From NCBI GenBank assembly GCA_004282875.1, contig SHLT01000003.1:12917-76916 (forward strand): a stretch of 64,000 nt of DNA, written 5' to 3'. This document shows, piece after piece, positions 40,375-49,968 of this stretch. The first letter of the stretch is position 1, and every line of letters begins with the position of its first letter. Below the pieces are notes generated by a model. The model worked only from the letters and a program-made list of their open reading frames with translations, did no database searches and was not told the DNA's origin. The translations under genes were made by a program, and so were the position numbers. The DNA is from Chromatiales bacterium (GTDB lineage Bacteria; Pseudomonadota; Gammaproteobacteria; Steroidobacterales; Woeseiaceae).

Positions 40375-40867
40375 TCTTGCTTCTCTTCGGTTCGAGAACG
40401 TGGGTGTTGAGTTGGGCAATTGAACTTGTCACCGTTTCGATGAGGTCGGCCTCCGACGGGCCGGCTAATGACAAAAACTGGTGCTCGTACACGGGTACGG
40501 CCTCGAGCAGGCTCGACACTTCCTCGGCGTTGCGCAGATCCTGCCTGAGGATGGTGTCGAAATAGCCGTCGGGGAAGAAGCTTGTCACCGAGATGCCGAG
40601 CACGTAAGCGACCCGACCGCCGCCGGCACGCATCTCAGTCAACATCACGTACAGCTTGTAATCCGGGTTCTCCATCGAGACTTCCACGTCGCCGAGCGCC
40701 CTGAGTTCGTTGCGCAGGTACTTGCTGACGCGCTCTTTGAGGTCCTCGTCGCGCAGCGAGACTTCAAGCGCGACGCGAAACGCCGGCGGAGGAGGGGCTT
40801 CCTGGGCGAATGCCGACGTCGTTGCCAGGAAAAACACGAGTGCGATTGCGGTTCTTGCGGTCATCAA
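40358..40867 (-). CDS. Exported hypothetical protein
   Basis: Signal peptide ending AFA followed by a Pro-rich linker. Confidence 0.65.
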   Translation of the reverse strand: MMTARTAIALVFFLATTSAFAQEAPPPPAFRVALEVSLRDEDLKERVSKYLRNELRALGDVEVSMENPDYKLYVMLTEMRAGGGRVAYVLGISVTSFFPDGYFDTILRQDLRNAEEVSSLLEAVPVYEHQFLSLAGPSEADLIETVTSSIAQLNTHVLEPKRSKSGQDR

Positions 40868-40968
40868 TTCCTTCCTCGATAGAGTCTTGCCTGTGATTCT
40901 AGACGCTCCGTCCGGCTGGACGCCACCGGTGTTATTCTTGCTCGACGACGAGACAGCTGGAGAGAAAC

Positions 40969-41394
40969 ATGTCAGCGAAAACCGAGAGACGGGGACAGTG
41001 TCTTTGTGGCGCAGTGCGAATTACGGCCAGCGAAGCCGGTGACAAGGTCGGTGCCTGTCACTGCAAGATGTGCCGCCGGTGGGGCGGCGGGCCCTACATG
41101 GAGATTACCTGCGGCACGAACGTGTCCATCGAAGGCGAAGACCATGTGTCGGTGTTCGATTCGTCGAAGTGGGCCGAGCGTGGCTTCTGCCGCGAGTGTG
41201 GCACGCACCTCTTTTACCGGATGAAGGGGAGCGGGGATCACATGATCCCGGTGGGCCTCTTCGATGACGATGACACACTCGTCCTCGATCACCAGGTCTT
41301 CATCGACGAGAAGCCGGCATTCTACAGCTTTGCTGAAAAGACCAGTCAGATGACCGGTGCCGAGCTGTTTGCGAAGTACATGCCGCCCGACTAG
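40969..41394 (+). CDS. GFA (glutathione-dependent formaldehyde-activating/CENP-V) family protein
   Basis: GQCLCG, CHCKMCRR and FCRECG. Confidence 0.9.
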   Translation: MSAKTERRGQCLCGAVRITASEAGDKVGACHCKMCRRWGGGPYMEITCGTNVSIEGEDHVSVFDSSKWAERGFCRECGTHLFYRMKGSGDHMIPVGLFDDDDTLVLDHQVFIDEKPAFYSFAEKTSQMTGAELFAKYMPPD

Positions 41395-41939
41395 TAGAAC
41401 GACTGGCGCGTAACCTGCTCCGGCAGGCGTTCCTGCACCTGCGGGTCGAGTTCAATGTTCCACGTATTGATCATGCATCCAAGCGTGAGGTACATGCCGT
41501 GCAGGACAATGATGTCCAGCATTTGCCGGTCGGTAAAATGCCTGGCGAGCGACGCACGGGTGTCATCGCTAATCACGTTGTGCCGGGCGACCTCGTCGAC
41601 GGCAGTCAGCAAGGCGTTGTCGGCATCGTCCCAGTCGTTACTCGCACCACGCACGCGTTCGATTTCATCGAGGCTCAGGCCGGCATCCAGCCCACGGACC
41701 ACGTGAGAGCCCCATTCATACCAGCTCTTCATCTGAACCGCGACGCGCAGGATGACGAGCTCGCATTGGCGTTGGTCCAGATCACCGCCGTTGACGAGGT
41801 AATTGCGCAGATCCCACCAGGCCTTCAACAGCGCCGGGTGATTGGCCATCAGGCCGTGGATATTGATGGGTCGACCGTTCATGTCATCGATGACGTGCTG
41901 CAACGACGGGTCCCAGGCCTGTATCGGCACAGGTTTCAT
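41391..41939 (-). CDS. Carboxymuconolactone decarboxylase/AhpD-like protein
   Basis: MANHP and ELVILRVA...YEWGSH. Confidence 0.8.
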   Translation of the reverse strand: MKPVPIQAWDPSLQHVIDDMNGRPINIHGLMANHPALLKAWWDLRNYLVNGGDLDQRQCELVILRVAVQMKSWYEWGSHVVRGLDAGLSLDEIERVRGASNDWDDADNALLTAVDEVARHNVISDDTRASLARHFTDRQMLDIIVLHGMYLTLGCMINTWNIELDPQVQERLPEQVTRQSFY

Positions 41940-42079
41940 GTGTGACTCCATTCCCAAATAGCGCCCGGTCCGGGCGTTCATGCGCTCCATCATGTGTGAT
42001 CTGTGCGCCACGTCAAGTCGCCTGCGGCGGACAATCGGCAAAATTCGGCCTACCGGTGATAGCGCAAAGCCCAGGCCGC

Positions 42080-43279
42080 ATGAGCTACCAGTTCTTCTAC
42101 ATAATCTTCTCCCTGATGGTGATCAGCGCCGTGTTGTCGCTGACATTCTTCATGGCATGGAAGAACTTCGGCCATGAAAAGCATGCCCTGACCTGGGCGG
42201 CGGCGTTCCTTGCGGGCATGCTGCAGTGGGGGTGCACGGTCAATGTCGACCTGTTTCCGAGCCTTGAGAGCTACCTGCTCACCGAAACTGCGCTGTCCAT
42301 AGCCATGATCACGCTCGGCTTGCGTGGCCATTGTCAGCGCACCCGGTGCAGGCATCTTCCCAGGAATCTCTGGCCGTGTTCGGTGGCTGTGTATTCCATC
42401 ATCGTGTGGCATATCCTGGTCTCACCGCACACGGGCATTCGCATGAGCGTGGTGCCGTTCTTTGCAGCCATTACGCTTGGCATGTCGTCATACCTCATCA
42501 TCAGTTTTCGCCAGCAGACGCGACCCGCCGAGTGGGCGGCAGCGATCGCCATTGCCATCTTCGGGGTCAGTCAGTTCGGGACGGGCATACTCGCCTTCAT
42601 GCAGGGCGCGGTTGCCAACGAGTCGGTACGCGCTGTGTACCTGCATTTCAATTTTCTCACGCTGCCTGCCGGTTACATCGCGACGTCGATGCTGATCATC
42701 CTGATGATGGCATCCGACATTGCTGCACAGATGAGGGAGATGGCGATCAAGGACCAGTTGACGGGCTTGCTGAACCGCCGCGGCTTCAGCGAGAACGGCG
42801 AGCGAGCGTTCTCGGCGGCGCGTCGGTCGGATCAGCCGTTGTCCGTGATCATGACCGACATCGACCGCTTCAAGTTCATCAATGACAAATACGGTCATGC
42901 CGCCGGCGATACGGCATTGGCCCATTTTGCGAACCTGGTGTCGGAGGACCGGCGCCAGGAAGATATTGTTGCGCGCGTAGGTGGCGAGGAATTCGCGCTG
43001 CTCCTGCCAGGCACGGAGCTACGTGACGCGATGGCAATCGCCGACCAGCTCTGTAAGAAGATCGGCGCAACGCCGCTCAAGACGACGGTTGTCGGTTTGC
43101 CGATGACATCGAGCTTTGGTGTCGCGGCCATCTCCGATAATGACGCAACGCTCGACGACATGGTGCTGCGCGCTGACCGCGCCCTCTACCGCTCCAAGCG
43201 CGCCGGCCGTAACCAGGTCGATCTCGAGTCCTCGCAAATGCTGCTTGCCGAAGACGGCTCACTCCAGCCCTTGTCCTGA
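42080..43279 (+). CDS. Membrane-bound diguanylate cyclase (GGDEF)
   Basis: About 7 TM helices; DQLTGLLNRR, DIDRFKFIND.YGH, RQED I-site and GGEEF. Confidence 0.92.
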   Translation: MSYQFFYIIFSLMVISAVLSLTFFMAWKNFGHEKHALTWAAAFLAGMLQWGCTVNVDLFPSLESYLLTETALSIAMITLGLRGHCQRTRCRHLPRNLWPCSVAVYSIIVWHILVSPHTGIRMSVVPFFAAITLGMSSYLIISFRQQTRPAEWAAAIAIAIFGVSQFGTGILAFMQGAVANESVRAVYLHFNFLTLPAGYIATSMLIILMMASDIAAQMREMAIKDQLTGLLNRRGFSENGERAFSAARRSDQPLSVIMTDIDRFKFINDKYGHAAGDTALAHFANLVSEDRRQEDIVARVGGEEFALLLPGTELRDAMAIADQLCKKIGATPLKTTVVGLPMTSSFGVAAISDNDATLDDMVLRADRALYRSKRAGRNQVDLESSQMLLAEDGSLQPLS

Positions 43280-43356
43280 AGACACCTGCTTGCAACTGCC
43301 GTCGGCTGTTGCGGTAGGATAGGCGCCTGATCGGCCCGAGAAAAAAGGACAACAGC

Positions 43357-44355
43357 ATGTTGCTGACTGGCTTCCCGCGTGTTTCGCTCGCCCATTTACC
43401 AACCCGGCTGGAAATTCTGCCGCGCCTTAGTGAGCACCTCGGTGGACCCGAAATCTGGGTGAAGCGCGATGACTGCACCGGCCTGGCGACGGGCGGTAAC
43501 AAGACGCGCAAGCTCGAGTTCTCGATGGGCGAGGCGCTCGAGAGGGGCGCCGATACCGTCATCACGGTTGGCGCAGTGCAGTCGAATCACGTGCGCCAGA
43601 CGGCTGCTGCCGCCTGCAAGCTCGGTCTCAAGTGCGAAGTCTTGCTAGAGCACCGCGTCACCAATCCCACCGAACTCTATCGCAGCTCAGGCAACGTCCT
43701 GCTCGACCGCATTTTCGGCGCCAACCTGCGCGAGTACGATGCCGGTACGGACTTCGACGCGGAGATGGAAAACATCGCGCGTGAAATCAGCGCGGCGGGC
43801 GGTTCGCCCTATATCATCCCGGGTGGTGCATCGAACCCGGTCGGTGCGCTCGGGTACGTCGGCTGCGGCGAAGAGCTATTGCAGCAGTGTGACGAGCAGG
43901 ATGTGCGCTTCGACCATATCGTGACGGCGACCGGTAGCGCCGGTACGCATGCCGGCCTCGCGGTTGGCCTGCGCGGCAGCGGCAGCGATCTTCCTGTTCT
44001 GGGTATCGGCGTACGCGCGCCCAAAGACGTGCAGGAAGAACGCGTCTACAAACTCGCCGTTGAAGTCGCGGACCTCGTCGACAAGCCCGGCTGCGTCGCA
44101 CGCGATGACATCGTCGCCGACTGCAACTACATCGGTGCCGGCTACGGCTTGCCGACCGAGTCGATGAACGAAGCCGTGCTCATGCTCGCGCGCACCGAGG
44201 GACTGTTGTTCGACCCGGTATACAGCGGCAAGGCATTGGCCGGCATGATCGACTACGTGCGTGAGGGGCGCTTCACCAAAGACGAGAAGATCGTCTTCCT
44301 GCATACGGGCGGCGCGGCCGGCCTGTTCGCCTACGCAGACATCCTGGACCTGTAA
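43357..44355 (+). CDS. PLP-dependent D-cysteine desulfhydrase / L-cysteate sulfo-lyase (CuyA-like)
   Basis: KRDDCTGLATGGNKTRKLEF, QSNH, GSAGT, DPVYSGK and FLHTGG. Confidence 0.88.
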   Translation: MLLTGFPRVSLAHLPTRLEILPRLSEHLGGPEIWVKRDDCTGLATGGNKTRKLEFSMGEALERGADTVITVGAVQSNHVRQTAAAACKLGLKCEVLLEHRVTNPTELYRSSGNVLLDRIFGANLREYDAGTDFDAEMENIAREISAAGGSPYIIPGGASNPVGALGYVGCGEELLQQCDEQDVRFDHIVTATGSAGTHAGLAVGLRGSGSDLPVLGIGVRAPKDVQEERVYKLAVEVADLVDKPGCVARDDIVADCNYIGAGYGLPTESMNEAVLMLARTEGLLFDPVYSGKALAGMIDYVREGRFTKDEKIVFLHTGGAAGLFAYADILDL

Positions 44356-44380
44356 AAAAAAGGCCGCCTTGCGGCGGCCT
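44354..44380 (-). terminator. Rho-independent terminator for the minus-strand TonB receptor
   Basis: A8 run followed by AGGCCGCC-TTGC-GGCGGCCT on the + strand. Confidence 0.75.
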
Positions 44381-44425
44381 CAGTATCGTTGGTGGAAACA
44401 GGGGGGCCGTTTCCGCCAATTCCTG

Positions 44426-46696
44426 TTATTCGAAATTCACGCTGAACGTGCCCGTAACCGTGCGCGGCGGCCCGTAGAATCCGATGACCGAAGCGGCAAC
44501 CGTCGGGAAGTCGTATGCGGCAGCAATGTACTCCTCGTCGCCGAGGTTGCGTGCGTGCAGTCCCGCCTGGTAGCGGCCGTCGCCGGACGTCCAGACTGCG
44601 CTCAGGTCGATCAGCGAGAACGAATCCTGGTCCGTCAACGGATTCGGGATCTCGAACTGGAACGTCGAGTCGCGGTAGGAGATGCCGGCGAGCAGTGCGA
44701 GGTCGCCAGAGGCCAGCGGCATTTCGTAACGCAGGTTCAGGCTTGCCGTCGTTTCCGGCGTGTTCTGGAATTCACGCTGGTCGGAGATGTCGACGAAGAT
44801 CGGGTCGCCCGTGACCGGGTCCGTCGATGCTTCAAGCCATTCCGTGTAGTCCGCGTCGATCAGGCCAAGTGCAAACGTGGCCGAGAAATTTTCCGTGAAA
44901 CGTGCGAATGCCTCGATCTCGATGCCCTGGACTTCAGCGCCACCTGCGTTGGTCACCTTGCCGGCAAAGCCGTCGACCTCGCCGTCACCGTCGGTATCGA
45001 GCAGTACGGAACCCGGGATCTGCACATCCGTATAGTCCATTGTGAAGAGTGCGACGTTGGTCGTCAGTCTGCCGTCGGCCCAGGACGACTTGGCGCCAAG
45101 TTCGATGGACTCGACCGTTTCCGGGTCGAAGCCTTCCCGCACTTCCGGAATGTTATACGCGCCGCGCGGGTCGAAGCCACCACCCTTGAAGCCTTCGCTG
45201 TAGGCCAGGTAAAGATTGTGGTCGTCATTCGGTGCGTAGCTGAGGCTGACACGCGGTGTGAACTTGTCATCGCCGCGCTTGCCGTTGAACTCGGGTACGC
45301 CCTCGGACGGCGGTGTGATCGAAACGGCGGTGTCATTCCCGAAGTAGGGAGAACCCAGCCCCAGGAAGGTTTCGCGGATAACGCGAGCCGTGCGCTCATC
45401 ATCCGTGTAGCGACCGCCGATGGACAGGTCCCACTGGTCGTTCAGTGCATAGCTGAAGTCAAAGAATGCCGCCCATGCTTCCGTGTCGTAGTCACCCAGC
45501 GTAAACGCCGTGAGCGAGCTGAAGATCACGACATCGAATGCGTCAAACGCGTTGGCGTCGAGGTAGTAGAGGCCGAACACGCCGTCGAGTCGGTCACCCG
45601 CGTATGTGAACTGAAATTCCTGGCTGAACTGTTCGTTGTCGTAGACAACCGGCGCGTCAAACGTGTCGGCGGGCAGGTTGTCGAAATCGATCCAGCTTTC
45701 GGTGCGATCCGAACGGCTGGACGTAATCGACTTGAGCTGCAGCTGGTCGTTGATGTCCCACTGCACCAGCAGGCCCAGGCCACCCTGGTCGGCTTCGGGA
45801 TCGAGGCCGCCCGTCGAGGCAGGAAGCTGCGAAATGCCGGCGCGCGTATCCCACACATCATCGAGTACCGGTTCGCCAGCAGGTCCCGGCAGCAGTCGGT
45901 GCCCCTGGCGGGAGGTCGATTTGTCGATGCTGTAGTCGCCGTGCAGACGGACGAACAGGTCGTCGCTCGGCATCCATTCCGCGCTCAGGCGAAAGGCCGT
46001 GATGTCTTTGTCCGCGTTTTCCTCGCCCGTGGTCAGGTAGTCGCCCCAGCCGTCGTGCGTGAACTTCGCAACGGTACCGCCGATGCGGAACGTATCGGAT
46101 ACGGGCAGGCTGCCGGAGGCTACGAGGTCAAACTGGCTGTGGGTGCCCACCGCAGCCTTGATCTTGCCCGTCGCGTCTTCCGACAGGCGCTTGGTGACGT
46201 ACCGTACCGCGCCGCCGATCGTGTTGCGACCGTAGAGTGTGCCCTGCGGTCCGCGCAGGACTTCGATGCGCTCGACATCGTAGACGTCGAACACGGTGCC
46301 TTGAGGACGAGCGAGGTAAACGTCATCGAGGTAGATGCCGACGCCGCCTTCCCAGCCGGCGACCGGGTCCTGCTGGCCGACGCCGCGAATGTAGGCCGTC
46401 AGTGTGGTGTTCGTTGCGCGAGACACTTCGAGCTGGATGTTCGGCGCCTGGTTGGTCAGGGCGGTGATATCGACAATGCCGATTTCCTCGAGTTGTTCGC
46501 CCGAGAAGGCCGAAACAGCAATCGGAACCTCCTGCAGGGACTCCTCGCGACGGCGTGCGGTCACTGTGATTTCCTCCACGAAGGCGTCCGCGCCTTCGTC
46601 CTGGGCCACTGCAGCGCTCGGTAACGAAAGCAGGCCCGTGACCGGCAAAAGACCCAGCAGAGTCTTTAAGATCAATGAGTTAAGTCGGTGTTGCAT
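44426..46696 (-). CDS. TonB-dependent receptor
   Basis: Signal peptide, EEITVTARRREE, DVERIEVLRGPQGTLYGRN and C-terminal PRTVTGTFSVNF. Confidence 0.95.
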   Translation of the reverse strand: MQHRLNSLILKTLLGLLPVTGLLSLPSAAVAQDEGADAFVEEITVTARRREESLQEVPIAVSAFSGEQLEEIGIVDITALTNQAPNIQLEVSRATNTTLTAYIRGVGQQDPVAGWEGGVGIYLDDVYLARPQGTVFDVYDVERIEVLRGPQGTLYGRNTIGGAVRYVTKRLSEDATGKIKAAVGTHSQFDLVASGSLPVSDTFRIGGTVAKFTHDGWGDYLTTGEENADKDITAFRLSAEWMPSDDLFVRLHGDYSIDKSTSRQGHRLLPGPAGEPVLDDVWDTRAGISQLPASTGGLDPEADQGGLGLLVQWDINDQLQLKSITSSRSDRTESWIDFDNLPADTFDAPVVYDNEQFSQEFQFTYAGDRLDGVFGLYYLDANAFDAFDVVIFSSLTAFTLGDYDTEAWAAFFDFSYALNDQWDLSIGGRYTDDERTARVIRETFLGLGSPYFGNDTAVSITPPSEGVPEFNGKRGDDKFTPRVSLSYAPNDDHNLYLAYSEGFKGGGFDPRGAYNIPEVREGFDPETVESIELGAKSSWADGRLTTNVALFTMDYTDVQIPGSVLLDTDGDGEVDGFAGKVTNAGGAEVQGIEIEAFARFTENFSATFALGLIDADYTEWLEASTDPVTGDPIFVDISDQREFQNTPETTASLNLRYEMPLASGDLALLAGISYRDSTFQFEIPNPLTDQDSFSLIDLSAVWTSGDGRYQAGLHARNLGDEEYIAAAYDFPTVAASVIGFYGPPRTVTGTFSVNFE

Positions 46697-46738
46697 GGTA
46701 TCCCCCTCGCAGTCGCCAAGCCCTGCTCGGCACTAAAA

Positions 46739-46786
46739 TTCAACGAACGTTGAAGGGATACTAGTTCAACGTTCGTTCAAGAGCAA
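46739..46786 (-). promoter_or_regulatory. Sigma70-like promoter (TTGCTC-17-TAGTAT) with two TTCAAC-N4-GTTGAA-type operators
   Basis: TTCAACGAACGTTGAA 46739-46754 and TTCAACGTTCGTTCAA 46765-46780; the second fills the spacer. Confidence 0.75.
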
Positions 46787-46824
46787 GGCCGAAGGCGTTG
46801 CGGAGCCGACACCCGGGTCAGCGC

Positions 46825-47469
46825 TCAGGATTTTTGGCAGAGTCTCTCGAAGCCGGCCGCGAGGAAGACATGCATGCGGTCGTTGATCGCGGCAATGTCC
46901 GTAGAACTGCATACACCGCCCGACAGGTTGTCGATACGGCCGGTCTCGGCGAAGGTCAGCGTCAGGGCACCTGACAGGAAGTGATAGCTCCAGTACAGGT
47001 CCTCGTCGTTGCAATCGGGCAGGGCCTTGCGCAGTGCTTCGATGAACCGCGACACCAGCGGGTCGAAGTAGCGCGACATCAGGGCGCCGCCCTGCTCGGG
47101 CGAGTTGTTGATCTGGGCGATGAGCTGGTAGTAGTGCGACCACTTGTCATGGTCGTCGGCGAGCAGCTGCATGAGCGGCTGCGTGAAGGCGCCGATGATT
47201 TCCTCGACGGTCGGCGCGTCATCGCTGTGCCGCTCTTCAACCTCGGTCAGCGCCTGCAGCCGAATCTCGTTGAGGAATTCCACGCGCCGCAGCATCACCT
47301 GGTCGAACAGGTCGCGTTTGGACTTGAAGTGGTAGTACGCCAGCGAGACGTCGGCATCGGCGGCACTCATAATTTGCCGGACCGAGACGCCCTCGAAGCC
47401 TTTTTGTGCGAACAGTGTTTCGGCCGCGTCGAGAATCCGATCGCGCGTTGCTTGTTTTTGTTTCGGCAT
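46825..47469 (-). CDS. TetR/AcrR-family regulator
   Basis: RDRILDAAETLFAQKGF...YYHFKSKRDL. Confidence 0.92.
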   Translation of the reverse strand: MPKQKQATRDRILDAAETLFAQKGFEGVSVRQIMSAADADVSLAYYHFKSKRDLFDQVMLRRVEFLNEIRLQALTEVEERHSDDAPTVEEIIGAFTQPLMQLLADDHDKWSHYYQLIAQINNSPEQGGALMSRYFDPLVSRFIEALRKALPDCNDEDLYWSYHFLSGALTLTFAETGRIDNLSGGVCSSTDIAAINDRMHVFLAAGFERLCQKS

Positions 47470-47494
47470 CGTTCCCACGCTAACCGAGCCCTGT

Positions 47495-47538
47495 TTGAAT
47501 TTCAACAGTCGTTCAACTAGTATTCAACGATCGTTGAA
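47495..47538 (+). promoter_or_regulatory. Sigma70-like promoter (TTGAAT-17-TAGTAT) with two TTCAAC-N4-GTTGAA-type operators
   Basis: TTCAACAGTCGTTCAA 47501-47516 and perfect palindrome TTCAACGATCGTTGAA 47523-47538. Confidence 0.78.
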
Positions 47539-47554
47539 ATTGTGAGTACGACAC

Positions 47555-49114
47555 ATGGCGTGGTTTTCTCCGAAGCCTTTGCTCATCCCGGACATCCTGG
47601 CGCAGAACCAGGCATACCTGGGCAGCAAGCCCGCCGTCATCATCGACGATGACGAGGTTTCCTGGGCCGAGTTCGGCGCCGGCACAGCACGTTTTGCGAA
47701 TGCGCTGCTGGGCACGGGACTGAATCACGGTGACCGTGTCGTCGTGCTCATGAAGAACAGCTACGAAATGGTCGAGGCCATGTTCGGCGTTATTCGCGCG
47801 GGCCTCGTTGCCGTGCCGCTGAACGTTTCGATTGCCGACGACGCGATCACGGGCATGATTCGCAATGCCGAGGCAAAGGCCGTGCTGGCGTCGGGCGAAC
47901 ACGTCCATCGCGTCGAGCAACTGCGGTCGCACGTCGAAGAGCAGGTTGGCGAACGCTTCATCGCTCCCGACGCCGACATTGATGGCTGGCTGAACTACGC
48001 CGCGCTACGCGATGCTGCCGACGACTCGCTGGCCGATATCATCATCGGGCCCCAGGACGAGTGCAACATCATCTACAGCTCGGGAACGACCGGATTGCCC
48101 AAGGGCATCGTGCATGACCACGCCGGTCGCGAAGCCTGGGGCAGCGACATGGCCGTCGCACTGCGCTACCACGCCGGGGCGAGGACCTTGTGCAATCTCG
48201 GGTTGTTTTCCAACATCGTCTGGGTTGGCATTCTCGCGACGTTTTTTGCGGGCGGCACGCTGGTGGTCTCGCGCCGCTTTGCCGTCGACGATTGCCTGGC
48301 AACGATCGAGAAGCATCGCGTCACGCATTCGACGATGGTGCCGCTGCAGTTCCAGAAACTGCTCGAGCACCCGGACTTTGATCGCTACGATCTCTCTAGC
48401 CTCGATGCCTGCATGTGCTGCGGCTCACCCCTGGCTGCGAGCGTCAAGCGGGAACTTGCCGAGCGCTGGCCGGGGCAGTTTATCGAGCTGTACGGTCTGA
48501 CCGAAGGACTCGTTACGATTCTCTCGCCCGAAGACCTCCTCCGCAAAACCGACTCCGTCGGCAACCCGTGTCCTGGCCAGCACCTCGCGATCATCGGGAG
48601 TAACGATGAGCTCCTGCCGGTCGGCGAAGCCGGCGAGATCGTCGGCAGCTGCCGCTTCATGATGGCCGGCTATCACAACAACGATGCGGCCAATGAAGAG
48701 GCTACCTGGATGCATCCGTCCGGCGAGCGCTGGCTGCGCACCGGCGATATCGGCAAGCTGGACGAAGACGGTTTCCTTTATCTCGTCGATCGCAAGAAGG
48801 ACATGATCATCTCGGGGGGGCAGAACATCTATCCGGCCGATATCGAAGCTGCGATGATCGACCATGACGCCGTCAGCGAAGTGGCCGTCATCGGCGTGCC
48901 CCACGAGAAGTGGGGGGAAACGCCGCTCGCCGTGGTCGTGCTGGTGGACGGCGCGTCAGTCGAAGCGGAGGAACTGACGGGCTGGGTGAACAGCCGCGTG
49001 GGCAAACAGCAGCGCGTGGTCGGCACCGTCTTTGTCGACGAGCTGCCGCGCAACCCGAACGGCAAGGTCCTCAAGCGCGAACTGCGCACGACCTACATGG
49101 AGGCAGCGCAATGA
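47555..49114 (+). CDS. AMP-forming acyl-CoA ligase (class I adenylate-forming enzyme)
   Basis: YSSGTTGLPKG, YGLTE, RTGDIG, DRKKDMIISGG and PRNPNGKV. Confidence 0.93.
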   Translation: MAWFSPKPLLIPDILAQNQAYLGSKPAVIIDDDEVSWAEFGAGTARFANALLGTGLNHGDRVVVLMKNSYEMVEAMFGVIRAGLVAVPLNVSIADDAITGMIRNAEAKAVLASGEHVHRVEQLRSHVEEQVGERFIAPDADIDGWLNYAALRDAADDSLADIIIGPQDECNIIYSSGTTGLPKGIVHDHAGREAWGSDMAVALRYHAGARTLCNLGLFSNIVWVGILATFFAGGTLVVSRRFAVDDCLATIEKHRVTHSTMVPLQFQKLLEHPDFDRYDLSSLDACMCCGSPLAASVKRELAERWPGQFIELYGLTEGLVTILSPEDLLRKTDSVGNPCPGQHLAIIGSNDELLPVGEAGEIVGSCRFMMAGYHNNDAANEEATWMHPSGERWLRTGDIGKLDEDGFLYLVDRKKDMIISGGQNIYPADIEAAMIDHDAVSEVAVIGVPHEKWGETPLAVVVLVDGASVEAEELTGWVNSRVGKQQRVVGTVFVDELPRNPNGKVLKRELRTTYMEAAQ

Positions 49115-49968
49115 ACATGGCCGGCAATGCGAGCTTTTTCGAAAGCCAGGATGGCCTGAAGCTTTACTACCGTGATTTCGGCGCCGACAATGCGGGTACG
49201 CCTGTCATCTGCCTGCCCGGTCTGACCCGCAACAGCCGCGACTTCGAGGACCTCGCAAACCACCTGTCCGATCGCCGCCGCGTAATCACCTGCGATTTTC
49301 GCGGCCGCGGCTATTCCGAGTACGATGAAAAGTGGGAAAACTATCACCCGTTAACCTACGTGCAGGATACGTGGACCCTGCTCGATCACCTGGGCATCGA
49401 AAAAATCATCGTCGTGGGGACGTCGCTGGGCGGACTGTGTGCGACGGTCATGGCGAAGACGCAGGGCGAGCGCGTGGCGGGCGTCGTCATGAACGACATC
49501 GGTCCCGAGATCAACCCGGCCGGCATCGAGCGCATCCAGGCGTACACGGGGCGCGTTGAACCTGTCGGCAGCTGGGAAGAGGCCATTGCGCAGAGCCAGG
49601 AAATCTACGGCCACTGGCTTCCCGGTCTGAGTGATGAGCAATGGGCAGCGCTGGCGCGGCGCGGTTACCGCGAGAACGAGAACGGCGTTCCGCGCCTCGA
49701 TATGGATGCCAACATCGGCGAGGCCGTCCGCAAGATCGGGGCACAGAAGGGCGATCCCTGGGCGCTGTTTGATTCGCTCACGGACAAGCCCGTTACCTTA
49801 TTGTGGGGCGTCATGTCCGACATCCTGACGAAGGACATCATCGATAAAATGACCGCGAGAAAACCGGACCTGAACGTCGTTGCCGTTCCCAATCGCGGGC
49901 ATGTGCCGTTGCTTGACGAACCGGAGTGCATTGCGGCTATCGATGCGTTCCTGGAGGAGGTCGCATGA
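49111..49968 (+). CDS. Alpha/beta-fold hydrolase (cytoplasmic esterase-like)
   Basis: GLTRN oxyanion region, GTSLGG nucleophile, SD and GHVP; ATGA-coupled to the ligase. Confidence 0.88.
   Translation: MNMAGNASFFESQDGLKLYYRDFGADNAGTPVICLPGLTRNSRDFEDLANHLSDRRRVITCDFRGRGYSEYDEKWENYHPLTYVQDTWTLLDHLGIEKIIVVGTSLGGLCATVMAKTQGERVAGVVMNDIGPEINPAGIERIQAYTGRVEPVGSWEEAIAQSQEIYGHWLPGLSDEQWAALARRGYRENENGVPRLDMDANIGEAVRKIGAQKGDPWALFDSLTDKPVTLLWGVMSDILTKDIIDKMTARKPDLNVVAVPNRGHVPLLDEPECIAAIDAFLEEVA

Noticed and set aside
44261..46624. 787-aa plus-strand ORF antisense to the TonB receptor
   Set aside because: Shadow ORF expected from GC-rich codon bias; no motifs; the opposite strand is a clear receptor
48910..49110. 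Long N-terminal extensions in the ORF track (also 41942, 59428, 59687, 62836, 1072)
   Set aside because: They overlap neighbouring genes or promoters; downstream starts with RBS or translational coupling fit better
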